From IMG/VR virus record IMGVR_UViG_2537561824_000013: DNA of 39,229 bases. One strand, written 5' to 3'. The position numbers were made by a program, and so were the translations under genes. Positions 18,098-27,783 of this stretch are shown in pieces. This DNA comes from a virus. Taxonomy: Duplodnaviria > Heunggongvirae > Uroviricota > Caudoviricetes. The stretch's first letter is position 1. Every line of letters starts with the position of its first letter. The notes beneath the pieces are model-generated. The model was not told where the DNA came from. It saw nothing but the letters and a program-made list of their open reading frames with translations, and did not search any database.

Positions 18098-19051
18098 TTA
18101 TTTACTGATACCGGTAATGAGATACCCGGCATCGCCACCAACCACGGCGACTTTGTAGATATCGGTATAACGGCAGTACTTCACCTTGCCACCGGCTCCG
18201 TCGTATTTGTCGGCAACAGGCATCCCCTTACGACGCAGGGTGTAGCCGAAGGACGGCTCGTTCTCGTCCGCGCTGTCCGCCCCCGGCTGCGGTTTGCCGA
18301 CATAGTGCAGCATCAGATTGTCTCCCCAGATATCCGCCGGCACGCTGTTCTTATCCATTGCCGCTTTCATGGACGGCAGGGAGACTGGGGCACCGATGAC
18401 GATCTCTTCGATCTGAAAGAGGTCCTGCAGGATTTCTGTGGTGATGCGCTTGCGTTCGTTGGCTCCGATGGCGGCCTGAATCGCCGGGTGGAACTTCAGC
18501 AGCGCCATCACGCCGGCCCCCATGGTCATCAGGTTAGGACGCAGCCCCGTGGCCGTACGGACCGCTTCCATACCGGCTTCAATCACCCCGATGGGGTCCC
18601 CCTTACCACCGACCCAGCGATCACTGGCTGTCAGTTTTTTGACGTGCCCGGTACGGTAGACCTTTTCATCCTGAGCCAGACGGGCAGCGATAAGTTCACG
18701 GCGCAGGTTCACGCCATTCGTGGCGCGACGGATGGCCTTGCTCTCTTCGTTAAACATGGACTCCGCCTGCTCGCGATAGTCCACCGGCGCAGCCAGATCG
18801 TGTTCACCCAGCACCAGGTCCAGCGTGCCTGTTTTTTCACGAACCAGAACATTGCTGTCCGCCCCGACGGCACGCTCGGTGTCATATTCCACAAAGGCGG
18901 TTTTCCCGAAGGTCGGTACACGCACGCCTTCCTTGTCCGTCAGCACGACGGGGAAAATACGTTCGCCGATGAATGCGGCATTTTTATAGCCACGGGCGAT
19001 ACTGGTCAGTACCGGATCAACGACACGTTTACCTTTTAAGTAATCAGACAT
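18098..19051 (-). CDS. Major head subunit (Mu T-like)
   Basis: 317-aa ORF with ATG at 19051, following the protease/scaffold gene as in Mu. Confidence 0.8.
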   Translation of the reverse strand: MSDYLKGKRVVDPVLTSIARGYKNAAFIGERIFPVVLTDKEGVRVPTFGKTAFVEYDTERAVGADSNVLVREKTGTLDLVLGEHDLAAPVDYREQAESMFNEESKAIRRATNGVNLRRELIAARLAQDEKVYRTGHVKKLTASDRWVGGKGDPIGVIEAGMEAVRTATGLRPNLMTMGAGVMALLKFHPAIQAAIGANERKRITTEILQDLFQIEEIVIGAPVSLPSMKAAMDKNSVPADIWGDNLMLHYVGKPQPGADSADENEPSFGYTLRRKGMPVADKYDGAGGKVKYCRYTDIYKVAVVGGDAGYLITGISK

Positions 19052-19065
19052 GCTCTCTCCTTAAA

Positions 19066-20181
19066 TTACAGGCAGCGTGCGACAGCAGCCTCATAGCTGA
19101 TGCCTTCTTTTTTGGACAGGGCCACTGCTTTCTGATGCAGGGCCAGACGCTCAGGATCGGCTTCCGCAAACTCTGCCACATCCACCTTCACCGTGTCGCC
19201 GACACGCTCTTTTGTGGCCTGTTCGGCGAAATTCATCACCGGCTCCCCGTCGGAGAGCAATGAACGAAAGGCGGTGGCCAGCGGTGTGCGGCTTTCCCCC
19301 TCAGCAAACTCCACCGGCTTGTCGCCACCGGCGACGGCATCCAGCAGGGCAACCACCACGGAGGAGGCGCGGGGAGCCAGACGGCCCTCTGCGACCAGTT
19401 TTTCTGCAAAGGCCACATTGTCCTTATGCAGTTGCTCCTGTCTGACCTGTGCATCACGCGCATCGCGATCAGCAGCCTGCTGCTTCAGGCGGCGGTTCTC
19501 CTCCTGAAGGGCTTCAATCTCTTCTTTTGTCATCGATGATTCCTCGTTACTTGCGGAAGACGGCACCTGGCCTGTCTCACTGAATTGCGCACCTGCTGCA
19601 TCCTGCGACGGTGTGTCGCGGTACGCCTCTTCGCGCAGATTGTTGAGCTGCCATTCCGGCAGGACTTTTTCTGCTTCGTCCAGACTGAAGCGGGCGATCA
19701 GAAAATCGCGCAGCTTTCCCCACAGGGAGGCATTCGTGATGGCCTGCCAGTCGGCGAACTCCACCACACCTTCTTCCTGCTCACTGAAGGACACCTGTTT
19801 CAGCCCCTTGACGGAAGGTGGCTGTGCCCCGAGAAAGCCCACATGGCGCAGGTAGAGCACGCCGGGCTTCGGATTGGACGGTGAATCCGGGAGGTAGAAA
19901 GAGGCGGACACTTTTTTGAATCGTCCGTCGGTGACCATCTCAGCAAACTGCGGGTCCAGCTGGGCAGGCTCTGCCATCAGATCGACGCCGCTGAGCGACA
20001 GGGCTTTCACCCAGCCCCACGCCGGGTCTTCCGTTCTGGGATGACCAATCACGAGTGGTGCTTCATGGACGGACGGGTCATAGGCTTTCACGCAGGCGGC
20101 AAGATCGTCTGGCGTGAACGGCAGTTTTTTGCCGTGCATATCGGTATGAGTACCGGCTTTAAAAATGTGAATGGCTGACAT
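19066..20181 (-). CDS. Head maturation protease / scaffold (Mu I-like)
   Basis: 371-aa ORF with ATG at 20181; N-terminal domain followed by a charged coiled-coil C-terminus (EEIEALQEENRRLKQQAADRDARDAQVRQEQ) typical of Mu I. Confidence 0.7.
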   Translation of the reverse strand: MSAIHIFKAGTHTDMHGKKLPFTPDDLAACVKAYDPSVHEAPLVIGHPRTEDPAWGWVKALSLSGVDLMAEPAQLDPQFAEMVTDGRFKKVSASFYLPDSPSNPKPGVLYLRHVGFLGAQPPSVKGLKQVSFSEQEEGVVEFADWQAITNASLWGKLRDFLIARFSLDEAEKVLPEWQLNNLREEAYRDTPSQDAAGAQFSETGQVPSSASNEESSMTKEEIEALQEENRRLKQQAADRDARDAQVRQEQLHKDNVAFAEKLVAEGRLAPRASSVVVALLDAVAGGDKPVEFAEGESRTPLATAFRSLLSDGEPVMNFAEQATKERVGDTVKVDVAEFAEADPERLALHQKAVALSKKEGISYEAAVARCL

Positions 20182-20395
20182 TTTGCTGTCCCGCGTTATG
20201 TTGTCGGAGACAGTTTGTGAGAAATGCAGGCCCGGCGATTTTAATCTGCTTTAGAAAACATCAGGGGAGAAGGACAGGGAAAGCAATACGGTGAACCGGA
20301 GGCGGTTATAAAACAGAGGCTGTAAAGCCTTTATAAAGGTAATACAGCCCCTCATTCGCTGGCAATGATAAATCACCCGCCTGAAGAGAGAAAAC
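20182..20395 (-). promoter_or_regulatory. Candidate late promoter region upstream of the protease gene (Mu P_I equivalent) with nested dyad symmetry
   Basis: The only sizeable intergenic gap (214 bp) in the packed late arm; contains GGCTGTA...TACAGCC flanking the perfect palindrome CCTTTATAAAGG (20327-20338). Confidence 0.35.
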
Positions 20396-20854
20396 TCAGC
20401 GACGGGCCGCTGATTCAAGATGGCGGACAATGGTATCGAGGATGGGGATTACCACTTCAGGCTGTAGTTCTCCATCCCCCGTCACCGGCAGGAACGGGCG
20501 GGCCGGAAGTTCAACAGACTCATTACGCCCCGTTTTACCCCCGAACTGGTGAATGGCACCGTAAACAACGTTGGTCCCCACAACAGCCTGCCGGTCGTCA
20601 TGGTCGGTTGATACTGACCCCATCAGACGCCCGGTATCCTGCAGTGTCTGCCCGTCACGCTCTTCCGCTGCCAGCGAGGGCATCCACCCCGGACGCCCCT
20701 CATCAAGAAAGTTAAACTGTGTTTCCGCCAGCAGGGTTCCGGCAATTTTGCGCATCGCGGGCTCCAGGTCTGTGGCAGCAAGATCCAGCGCACGGAGGCT
20801 CCGGCGCAGGGATTTATCGTTAATGGTGATACTGACCAGGTTATCGGAAGCCAT
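20396..20854 (-). CDS. Virion morphogenesis protein (Mu G-like)
   Basis: 152-aa ORF with ATG at 20854, between the F-like and I-like genes. Confidence 0.7.
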   Translation of the reverse strand: MASDNLVSITINDKSLRRSLRALDLAATDLEPAMRKIAGTLLAETQFNFLDEGRPGWMPSLAAEERDGQTLQDTGRLMGSVSTDHDDRQAVVGTNVVYGAIHQFGGKTGRNESVELPARPFLPVTGDGELQPEVVIPILDTIVRHLESAARR

Positions 20855-20856
20855 TG

Positions 20857-21678
20857 TTATCCTCTCAGTTCCTGTTGTGCCAGTGGCTGAAGCGTACCCT
20901 GATAGCGGGCCAGGTCGGGACGGTATGCTGCCCCCGGTGCATAAGACCAGCCGACGTCGGTGATCACCTTCGTGGTGCCGGTATTAAAGGTGGCCACGTT
21001 CCGCATTTCGCCGGTTTTCTCTGAGACCAGTTTCAGTTCCTGGCCCATGGCAGAGCCGGAGCTGATAACCTTCAGGCCACGGGCACGTACATCCGCCGCA
21101 CTCAGGGCAATCACACTACAGCGGCAGCGCCAGCCGTTCGGCGGGTAAAATGCCTGCCAGAACGGGTCATCCCAGCGCAGCACCAGACCATGCAGCGCCA
21201 GATGGCTCCTGCGGGTATGGCTGTCGTTGATGCCGGTATACATCCAGTACGGCCTGTCGTCGACGTTTTCCATCTGTTCCGCCCAACGACCGGCGCTGTA
21301 GAGTACGGACATATTGGTGCGAAAGATGGTATCGAGCCGCCACGGACTGCCCTGCTGAATGGTGACTGGCTCACCCGTTACCGGGTCAGTCGTGTCACGT
21401 GGTCCCCACCATCCCTTACGCTTCAGCACCGGCTCCAGCTCCTGCCGGAACCAGCGATCGGTTTTTCCTTCATCGACAGCCTGCTGCAGTGCCCCGCGAA
21501 TATCTTCCAGGATATCCAGGCGGGTCACTTTAGCAACGGTAAAGGCGCGGGCATGGGCCTCCTGCCACATTTCTTCCCAGTCCCAGGTAATCTGATACCC
21601 TTTGGACTTCAGGTAGTTGATTGCCCGCTTCGGGGGAAGCGTCATGCAGTACGCCAGTTCAGCCGTTGTCACGCTCAT
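20857..21678 (-). CDS. Head morphogenesis protein (Mu F-like)
   Basis: 273-aa ORF with ATG at 21678, directly downstream of the portal gene. Confidence 0.75.
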   Translation of the reverse strand: MSVTTAELAYCMTLPPKRAINYLKSKGYQITWDWEEMWQEAHARAFTVAKVTRLDILEDIRGALQQAVDEGKTDRWFRQELEPVLKRKGWWGPRDTTDPVTGEPVTIQQGSPWRLDTIFRTNMSVLYSAGRWAEQMENVDDRPYWMYTGINDSHTRRSHLALHGLVLRWDDPFWQAFYPPNGWRCRCSVIALSAADVRARGLKVISSGSAMGQELKLVSEKTGEMRNVATFNTGTTKVITDVGWSYAPGAAYRPDLARYQGTLQPLAQQELRG

Positions 21679-23155
21679 GCAGACGCCCCCGGATATTTGT
21701 CACAAAGAGAATGCGGGCCAGCCGCTCCTGCAGATCGTCCGTGTTCATCTGAGGGTAGAGCTCCGCCAGTTCGCCCAGCAGCTCAGACGGGTTAACCCCA
21801 TTTTCGACCCGCCTGAACAGAGGTGCCAGGACGGGTTCCAGCGTGCCATTTAACGCGCCTCCGTTCATCAGAATGTCCAGCGCGTCGTCAAGCTGCTGCT
21901 GAGCCTGAATATCAGCATCAATCGCCTCGGCAAATGACAGCGGCAGCATGTTATTCTGTCGTTCCGACGGTGGTGTCTCGTCAATATCGCCGTCCTGCAG
22001 TTGGTACTCACGCTTGAAGTACTGCGGGGTCAGACGCAGACCCGCCCGGGTGAGTTTTTCGTCGCGGGTGGCACGGGTGTCATCAATGGCCTCCTGTTCC
22101 CACATGGCCCAGACCGGACACGGCACATCGCCGAAGTTCAGGGTGACCACCGTTCTGATGACCTGATTCACTGCCGCCTGAATGATGTCCGCATCCGCAT
22201 CGCGGATATCAGCCGTTACCTCCAGCCCGGCCTGTGCAGAGGCCTTGTTACTGTTCGCTTCCGTGGTCTGATTCTGACCGAGTAATGCAATGGAGATCTC
22301 ACTGCGTGACAGTGTGATCAGCTCGCGGAATACCTCGCTGCTGTCCGCCTTACCATCCGCGGCTTTGAGTTCGATGCTGCTGTCATCGGGGATGGCGGCC
22401 ACCGCGTCCTCCACCATCTGCTCCATGGAGTCCAGCAGTTTTTCAATCTCTGCATCATTTGCACCCCTCGGGTGCTTACCGATCACCCACGGGGAGCCAA
22501 ACTTTTCGGCAAAGCGGAGCCAGAATTTCATCCCGCCTTTCTTGAAGGCGACCGGCCAGAAGCACATGGACAGGTCCGGGAAACCGTAAGGATTGTCATA
22601 CGAGGCATCCTGTGCCGGCACCACGAATTTTGACGGTGACAGCAGCTCACCCTCCACACCCGCATCACGCGCCCGGAAGCGCAGGCAGTTGTCCGTATCA
22701 AACTGAAACCACTCAGGCGGTTTGCCGACAATATCCGTCACCGCCCACGACCTGACCGAACGGCCCCACATGATTTCACAGGGCTGATACCCGTAGAGCA
22801 CGGCATCGCTCATTTCACCGATGATGCGGGACAGATCCAGATCGTCGAGCATGTCGCGGATGAAACGGAAGACCCGGGCAGAGGCGTGACCACGCTCCAG
22901 TCCACGCTCCAGCGATTTAAGCGCTGCTTTACGTCTGCGGATACAGCCCCCGACCAGCGGGTCGGTGCGCAGTTCGCGGTAGATACGGATATCCCGTCCC
23001 TGAGCCTTGAGAATGGGATCAGGATTGGGCAGATACATGCCCAGTCCGTAAAAGTCGATCGCGCGGCTGCGGGAGGCAATCTGCGCGGTCAGTGATTTCT
23101 GAGGCTCAGAAAAAGCAACAAATTCATCGGGTGAAACCCAGATACCCCTCGCCAT
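21659..23155 (-). CDS. Portal protein (Mu gp29-like)
   Basis: 498-aa ORF with ATG at 23155 overlapping the terminase stop; size and position characteristic. Confidence 0.8.
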   Translation of the reverse strand: MARGIWVSPDEFVAFSEPQKSLTAQIASRSRAIDFYGLGMYLPNPDPILKAQGRDIRIYRELRTDPLVGGCIRRRKAALKSLERGLERGHASARVFRFIRDMLDDLDLSRIIGEMSDAVLYGYQPCEIMWGRSVRSWAVTDIVGKPPEWFQFDTDNCLRFRARDAGVEGELLSPSKFVVPAQDASYDNPYGFPDLSMCFWPVAFKKGGMKFWLRFAEKFGSPWVIGKHPRGANDAEIEKLLDSMEQMVEDAVAAIPDDSSIELKAADGKADSSEVFRELITLSRSEISIALLGQNQTTEANSNKASAQAGLEVTADIRDADADIIQAAVNQVIRTVVTLNFGDVPCPVWAMWEQEAIDDTRATRDEKLTRAGLRLTPQYFKREYQLQDGDIDETPPSERQNNMLPLSFAEAIDADIQAQQQLDDALDILMNGGALNGTLEPVLAPLFRRVENGVNPSELLGELAELYPQMNTDDLQERLARILFVTNIRGRLHERDNG

Positions 23156-24750
23156 CAGAATCCCTCCAGCATACGGGCCGCCTGACGACGACGGCGTGAG
23201 CTTGCCTTCACCGGCCCTTTGTTAATTTCACGGCTGGCGAAATACGCCAGCGCCAGTGCGATGGCTGAATCCCCGTGGCGTTTACCACCGTCAGCCTTTG
23301 CTTTTGAGCGTTGCTCCGGTACGCGGGGGACACCGTTCACCACCTGAACGGCCCGCAGGTCATCCAGTGTGTCTTCATCCTTTGGTAAGTCCACCAGGTT
23401 GCCGTCTTCCAGTGCAGCTTTGACCGGAGGCATATGCTCCCGGTACCAGCCTTCGGTTGGCATCACCTGCTGAACCCGGCCGGAGCCGTAGCGCTGCATG
23501 GCGTATTCAGCCAGATAGGCACCATTACCACGGGCATCAAACGCTGCACCCAGCAGACCGGGCAGGCCATCCATCAGATACCAGGTGATTTGCTCCTGCT
23601 GTCTGAACGGCACGTTACGCAGCTCCAGTACGAATGGCACGCGTCGTACCAGGTTCTTCTCCTGCAGCAGGGGATAGTCCACCGACAAATCACCGCTACG
23701 GCCAAAGTCGCGCCCCAGGAAAGAGCGGGCATCAGTGGGGAGTGCCTCCAGCAATGGTTTCAGATACTCATCAAGCCAGTCCTGCGTCTCGCGGAAGCGA
23801 ACCTCATCAGACAGCAGTTCATAACCTTCCTTGCAGGTCAGACGCAATACCGGCGTATCAGCGGACATGCGGGACTCTATCAGGGCACGGGACAGCCAGG
23901 CACCGCCACCGTTGGCCGGAATACAGTCAAGCTCTTCGGATGCGCCGGCACCGTAGAATTTGTACACCGATGCCATCCAGGCCTGCTCGGATGCCTCCGA
24001 CCATTCCTTCCCGGTGCGCAGACAGACGCGCCGGAACAGCCCCTCAGATACGGCTTCCCGGAAAGTGATGCGATGTATGCTGCCTCCCTGACGTCCGGCA
24101 CGGATATCCCCGATAAGCGTATTGAACGGATTGTCGTCACCGTCATGGGTGGAGATAACGCGTACCTTTCCCCCCCAGATAAGCATCGCCAGCGCCGCTT
24201 TCAGCAGTTCGTCCAGTTGCTCATGGAACGCCGCTTCGTCGATAACAATAATACCCTGACGGCCACGCAGGTTAGACGGGCGGCTGGAGAGCGCAACAAT
24301 ACGAAAGCCGGAGTCAGGAAATTTGATGGTGTAAGTCCTGATGTGTTTGTCGTCGTCGTCCTCTTCCCAGAATCCTTCTTCAATTTCACTGGCCGCATAG
24401 TTGAATGCCCGTGCCCACATCGCACACGCCTGAATGTATTCGACGGTCATGTCCTGGTTATAAGCGATGTAATACACATTCATCCCGCCTGCTGGCGCAG
24501 AAGAGGCGGCGGTCAGTACGTTATCGGATGCCTCAGCCCATGTAATACCGGTACGACGGCTCTTTTCTATCACCTTAAGCGGAGAGGTGTCTGCCACCCA
24601 GCGCTGCTGGTAAGGCAACAGAACGGGAGGGGCATCCAGCGCCGAGGTATCAGGCAAAACGGGAGCAAGGTTATTCCTCCCGTCCATGGGACTCATCCCT
24701 TCGGGGCCGCCGCCAGCGGCGTTTAAAATCACTCCGGATGATTTTGTCAT
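23155..24750 (-). CDS. Terminase large subunit (Mu gp28-like)
   Basis: 531-aa ORF with ATG at 24750 in an ATGA overlap with the upstream gene; located before the portal gene. Confidence 0.8.
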   Translation of the reverse strand: MTKSSGVILNAAGGGPEGMSPMDGRNNLAPVLPDTSALDAPPVLLPYQQRWVADTSPLKVIEKSRRTGITWAEASDNVLTAASSAPAGGMNVYYIAYNQDMTVEYIQACAMWARAFNYAASEIEEGFWEEDDDDKHIRTYTIKFPDSGFRIVALSSRPSNLRGRQGIIVIDEAAFHEQLDELLKAALAMLIWGGKVRVISTHDGDDNPFNTLIGDIRAGRQGGSIHRITFREAVSEGLFRRVCLRTGKEWSEASEQAWMASVYKFYGAGASEELDCIPANGGGAWLSRALIESRMSADTPVLRLTCKEGYELLSDEVRFRETQDWLDEYLKPLLEALPTDARSFLGRDFGRSGDLSVDYPLLQEKNLVRRVPFVLELRNVPFRQQEQITWYLMDGLPGLLGAAFDARGNGAYLAEYAMQRYGSGRVQQVMPTEGWYREHMPPVKAALEDGNLVDLPKDEDTLDDLRAVQVVNGVPRVPEQRSKAKADGGKRHGDSAIALALAYFASREINKGPVKASSRRRRQAARMLEGF

Positions 24751-25292
24751 GTGGCAATCCCCAGAATCTCGCGACGAAGCGCCTGTACTGCGTCGCTTGA
24801 CAGTCCCCCCTTACGGGCAATTTTCTCGGCGTTGCTGGCTGCCTGCTGCGCTCTGGCCCGTACTTCAGACTGGAACTTTTTGAGGTTGACGGACGCGCGG
24901 GACAGCGTAGCCACATTCTTCGCCACCTTCGACAGCAGGGCCACGCGTTCTTTAGGATCGACTTCGCCTTCTTCCGCCTCCTGCAACTGGACAATACTCT
25001 CGAACAGCTCGGTCTGAATAAGGGCTATCACAGCCTCCGAACGCGCATCCTGATCGTCTGCTGCGCCTTCGGTCAGCATGCGGGCCGCTTCTGTTGCCGC
25101 ACGGATAGCACCATAGCGGCGCTCAATCTTCTGTCCATAGCGATGGATAGCGGATTTGCTGATGACGTACCCCCGCTCACGCAACAGTGACTCCAGCTCG
25201 TTATACCCGCTGAAGCCGGATTCAGTCAGCGCCCGTTCAAGCCAGCGGCGCACGTCTTCCGGCAGCTTTTCTATTGTGCTGCGTCTGGCCAT
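24747..25292 (-). CDS. Terminase small subunit-like protein (Mu gp27-like)
   Basis: 181-aa ORF with ATG at 25292; charged helical protein immediately upstream of the large terminase gene. Confidence 0.6.
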   Translation of the reverse strand: MARRSTIEKLPEDVRRWLERALTESGFSGYNELESLLRERGYVISKSAIHRYGQKIERRYGAIRAATEAARMLTEGAADDQDARSEAVIALIQTELFESIVQLQEAEEGEVDPKERVALLSKVAKNVATLSRASVNLKKFQSEVRARAQQAASNAEKIARKGGLSSDAVQALRREILGIAT

Positions 25293-25603
25293 TATTCACT
25301 CCAGTACTTTTCCGGGCGGGCAATACCCGGACCACATTCCACGGTGTATTCCACCAGGTCTACGCCGAGGCGGGTCAGGTCAGCAAACCAGTCGCCAGAA
25401 GGTTTTTTCTCCAGCTCAACCATTTTACGGTCAGCCAGATAATCCAGTTCGCGGCGCAGTTCCAGCGGTGTGGTGTCCGGGTAGATGGCACGGGACACAT
25501 CCAGCAGCAGCGTCTCGCTGGCGGTGTAAGGGCGGGTCTTGTTCAGGGCAACCAGCAGACTCCAGCGCAGGGATTCGCGGCGTACCCGGGTAATATCGAC
25601 CAT
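25292..25603 (-). CDS. Hypothetical phage protein (Mu gp26 position)
   Basis: 103-aa ORF with ATG at 25603, translationally coupled to both neighbours. Confidence 0.5.
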   Translation of the reverse strand: MVDITRVRRESLRWSLLVALNKTRPYTASETLLLDVSRAIYPDTTPLELRRELDYLADRKMVELEKKPSGDWFADLTRLGVDLVEYTVECGPGIARPEKYWSE

Positions 25604-25929
25604 TATTGACCTCCGGTATTGCGGTACTGCTGTACCACTTCCAGTTTGTTATAAAGCGCGTCCAGTTTGGCCTCAATGACTGTCTGGCCACGGATATAAT
25701 CCTCTCGACGGACATAATTCAGCGGTAAATCCGCTTTAAATCGCATAAATTCTTTTTCCAGCTCGCCCCAGTTGGAGGCGGATTGTTGCAGGGCCTGTTC
25801 AAGGGAGGCGAATCGTGCCGCCTGGCGTTCTTCTGTTTTACTGAACAACCATTTGGCGAGCCCTCCCACAAACCCCATGAAGGTGAGCAGAAAACTCACC
25901 ACCGTCCAGAATTCAACCTGCAGTGTCAT
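25603..25929 (-). CDS. Small membrane protein with N-terminal TM helix and coiled coil (lysis-associated, Mu gp25 position)
   Basis: ATG at 25929; product starts MTLQVEFWTVVSFLLTFMGFVGGLAKWLF followed by a charged helical region. Confidence 0.5.
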   Translation of the reverse strand: MTLQVEFWTVVSFLLTFMGFVGGLAKWLFSKTEERQAARFASLEQALQQSASNWGELEKEFMRFKADLPLNYVRREDYIRGQTVIEAKLDALYNKLEVVQQYRNTGGQ

Positions 25930-26576
25930 TTCTGTAATCCTTCCCGTTCATCCAGCAGCGCGTTTATCTGGTTCCGCCAGCGACGACATTGCCATGCGTT
26001 GTCGATGATGTTGGCGAGAACGTCACGCTGGGAGACACCCGAATCGCGTAACCGGGTGTCAGTGGTTTCAGGTTGCCCGGTCGCTGTGCCAGAGCGGGTG
26101 CCAGTGGCGGCAACTGAGTCTGAATGACCGGTGTCGACGGATGCGTTGTCATATCCGAGTGCGGCGTTGTACTGGCGCACGAAACCGCGAGTAAACACGC
26201 ACTCAATGGGATGACTCTTACCTTTTTCATCAATCCAGCGCTGTGTGACATCGTTAATTTGCCCCTGTAGTTGTTTGTTCCGGCTCTCCAGTTGAGCAAT
26301 CTGCTCAAGATAACCGGCTTCAGCCCGCTGCCCGGCGGCCACCTGCTCCTGATACCGTCTGGCCCAGGCCCGCAGCGCAGCATTCTCAAGCGTTGCCTGC
26401 TCCGTTTTGTACGCGTCAAATGCTGACTGCAACTGACTTAGCGCGGTATCACCGTCACGCTTTGCAGAGTCATGACCACTTCTGTATCCCATGGCATACA
26501 GGCCGACCAGAAAGGCATTGATAAGAATGGCCAGCAGAATGCCGCGCCACGGCAGCTTTTTAACCAGATGCCACAC
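25926..26576 (-). CDS. Inner-membrane spanin (Rz-like i-spanin)
   Basis: Proposed GTG start at complement of 26574-26576 with GGGAGG 8 nt upstream; N-terminal TM segment (WRGILLAILINAFLVGLYAMGY) then a long coiled-coil periplasmic domain; the 250-aa track ORF starting at 26678 would overlap the endolysin by 119 nt. Confidence 0.55.
   Translation of the reverse strand: MWHLVKKLPWRGILLAILINAFLVGLYAMGYRSGHDSAKRDGDTALSQLQSAFDAYKTEQATLENAALRAWARRYQEQVAAGQRAEAGYLEQIAQLESRNKQLQGQINDVTQRWIDEKGKSHPIECVFTRGFVRQYNAALGYDNASVDTGHSDSVAATGTRSGTATGQPETTDTRLRDSGVSQRDVLANIIDNAWQCRRWRNQINALLDEREGLQK
25964..26230 (-). CDS. Outer-membrane spanin (Rz1-like lipoprotein) embedded in the i-spanin gene in another frame
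   Basis: ATG at complement of 26228-26230; product MKKVRVIPLSACLLAVSC... has a lipobox (LSAC) followed by a proline-rich mature region (TTPHSDMTTHPSTPVIQTQLPPLAPALAQRPGNLKPLTP). Confidence 0.5.
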   Translation of the reverse strand: MKKVRVIPLSACLLAVSCASTTPHSDMTTHPSTPVIQTQLPPLAPALAQRPGNLKPLTPGYAIRVSPSVTFSPTSSTTHGNVVAGGTR

Positions 26577-27300
26577 AACTGCTGCCTCCCCATGTGAGAT
26601 ATCGCGGTGCCAGTTCGCGCAGGATGCGCTGCGGATAATGGCGGTTCTCCCGCCAGCTGGCCGCATTGCGTCCGGCATTCACCGTGGCGACATGTCCGAA
26701 CCAGCGGGTGCTGTCCAGACCTTTCTGTGATGCAAGCCGCCTGTCCCGTTGTACCCAGCCCAGACCACCGTTATAGCCCGACAGTGTCATGGCCATACGC
26801 TCGCAGTCACTGGCGGCGCTGACACGCTGCCACAGCCAGCGGTCATAGCTGACCAGCGCCCGGATAGCCCATGCCGGATTAAACGGCTCACGACTGCTCA
26901 GCATCGGTATCAACTGGCTTATCCAGTCGGCAGTGGCAGGCATGAACTGCGCCAGTCCCTGAGCGCCAGCCGGCGAGATCGCATCAGGTCGCCAGCCGCT
27001 TTCCTGATGCAGTTGCGCGGCGAAATCGGCCACCGGCGCAGACAGTCCCCATTCAAGCCGGGCATTACGGATCACATCATCGCGATACTGCAGCGCAGCC
27101 TGCGGAGGTTGTGCTGCGCATGCCTGGCTGAAAAAGCCGCCACACCAGAGCAACATTGCGACAAAGAATACCCATGCCATATGAACCAGAAAGGTCCCGG
27201 CGCGGACTGACAGGCGTTCGGTTCTGATGAAGACCCGAAAGGCTTCGAAAGCCAGTTTCAGGGACATGCATACAATCCAGGTGATCTGCGGCCAGTTCAT
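26560..27300 (-). CDS. Endolysin, SLT-domain lytic transglycosylase with N-terminal membrane/signal-anchor region
   Basis: ATG at 27300; SLT-type motifs (...ESGWRPDAISPAGAQGLAQFMPATADWI...); hydrophobic N-terminus. Confidence 0.75.
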   Translation of the reverse strand: MNWPQITWIVCMSLKLAFEAFRVFIRTERLSVRAGTFLVHMAWVFFVAMLLWCGGFFSQACAAQPPQAALQYRDDVIRNARLEWGLSAPVADFAAQLHQESGWRPDAISPAGAQGLAQFMPATADWISQLIPMLSSREPFNPAWAIRALVSYDRWLWQRVSAASDCERMAMTLSGYNGGLGWVQRDRRLASQKGLDSTRWFGHVATVNAGRNAASWRENRHYPQRILRELAPRYLTWGGSSCVASG

Positions 27301-27302
27301 GA

Positions 27303-27653
27303 TTAAAGCCCCATCGCAACAGCCAGGCAGACCGCTGCAACAATCAGTGCACGGCGGATTAACGCAGCAGAAAACACCAGGTGAAGGCCGGTCTGTACCG
27401 GGAAACGCCCTTCAGCCATCAGCCTGTCGTCATGTTTCAGGTACTGACCGGGACGGGCTTTGGGGAAGAGCGAACGGTCAAGCCAGTAACCCAGCACTGC
27501 TGCCAGCGTGATGAGTGCCAGCTTGTAGATCACAACAGGCAGCTGCTGTGGTGAGACCAGAGCGATGGTGCCCAGCAACAGCACTGAGGTCAGCAGCCAG
27601 CCGCTGAGGCGAGGTTTTTTAACAGGGGGAATGAATTTTTTCAGTTTTTTCAT
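27303..27653 (-). CDS. Putative holin (small multi-TM membrane protein)
   Basis: ATG at complement of 27651-27653 with AAGGAGA 6 nt upstream; about 116 aa with three hydrophobic segments; immediately upstream of the endolysin. Confidence 0.5.
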   Translation of the reverse strand: MKKLKKFIPPVKKPRLSGWLLTSVLLLGTIALVSPQQLPVVIYKLALITLAAVLGYWLDRSLFPKARPGQYLKHDDRLMAEGRFPVQTGLHLVFSAALIRRALIVAAVCLAVAMGL

Positions 27654-27783
27654 GTGTGTCTCCTTATCTGGTGGAGACAGCATCACAAATACAGGGCGCG
27701 AAGGATTTTAAAGCGCGTTAAGAGAGCCGGGGATACGGGATGTGCAGGATAAACGATGAATTATTCACAGAGGAGAATACGAT

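Noticed and set aside
23434-24726. 430-aa plus-strand ORF opposite the large terminase gene
   Set aside because: Antisense to a conserved, translationally coupled terminase gene; the product is Arg/Gly/Pro-rich and looks like an artefact of high GC
25926-26678. 250-aa version of the i-spanin ORF starting at 26678
   Set aside because: It would overlap the endolysin coding sequence by 119 nt; a GTG with GGGAGG upstream at 26576 gives a product beginning just before the TM helix
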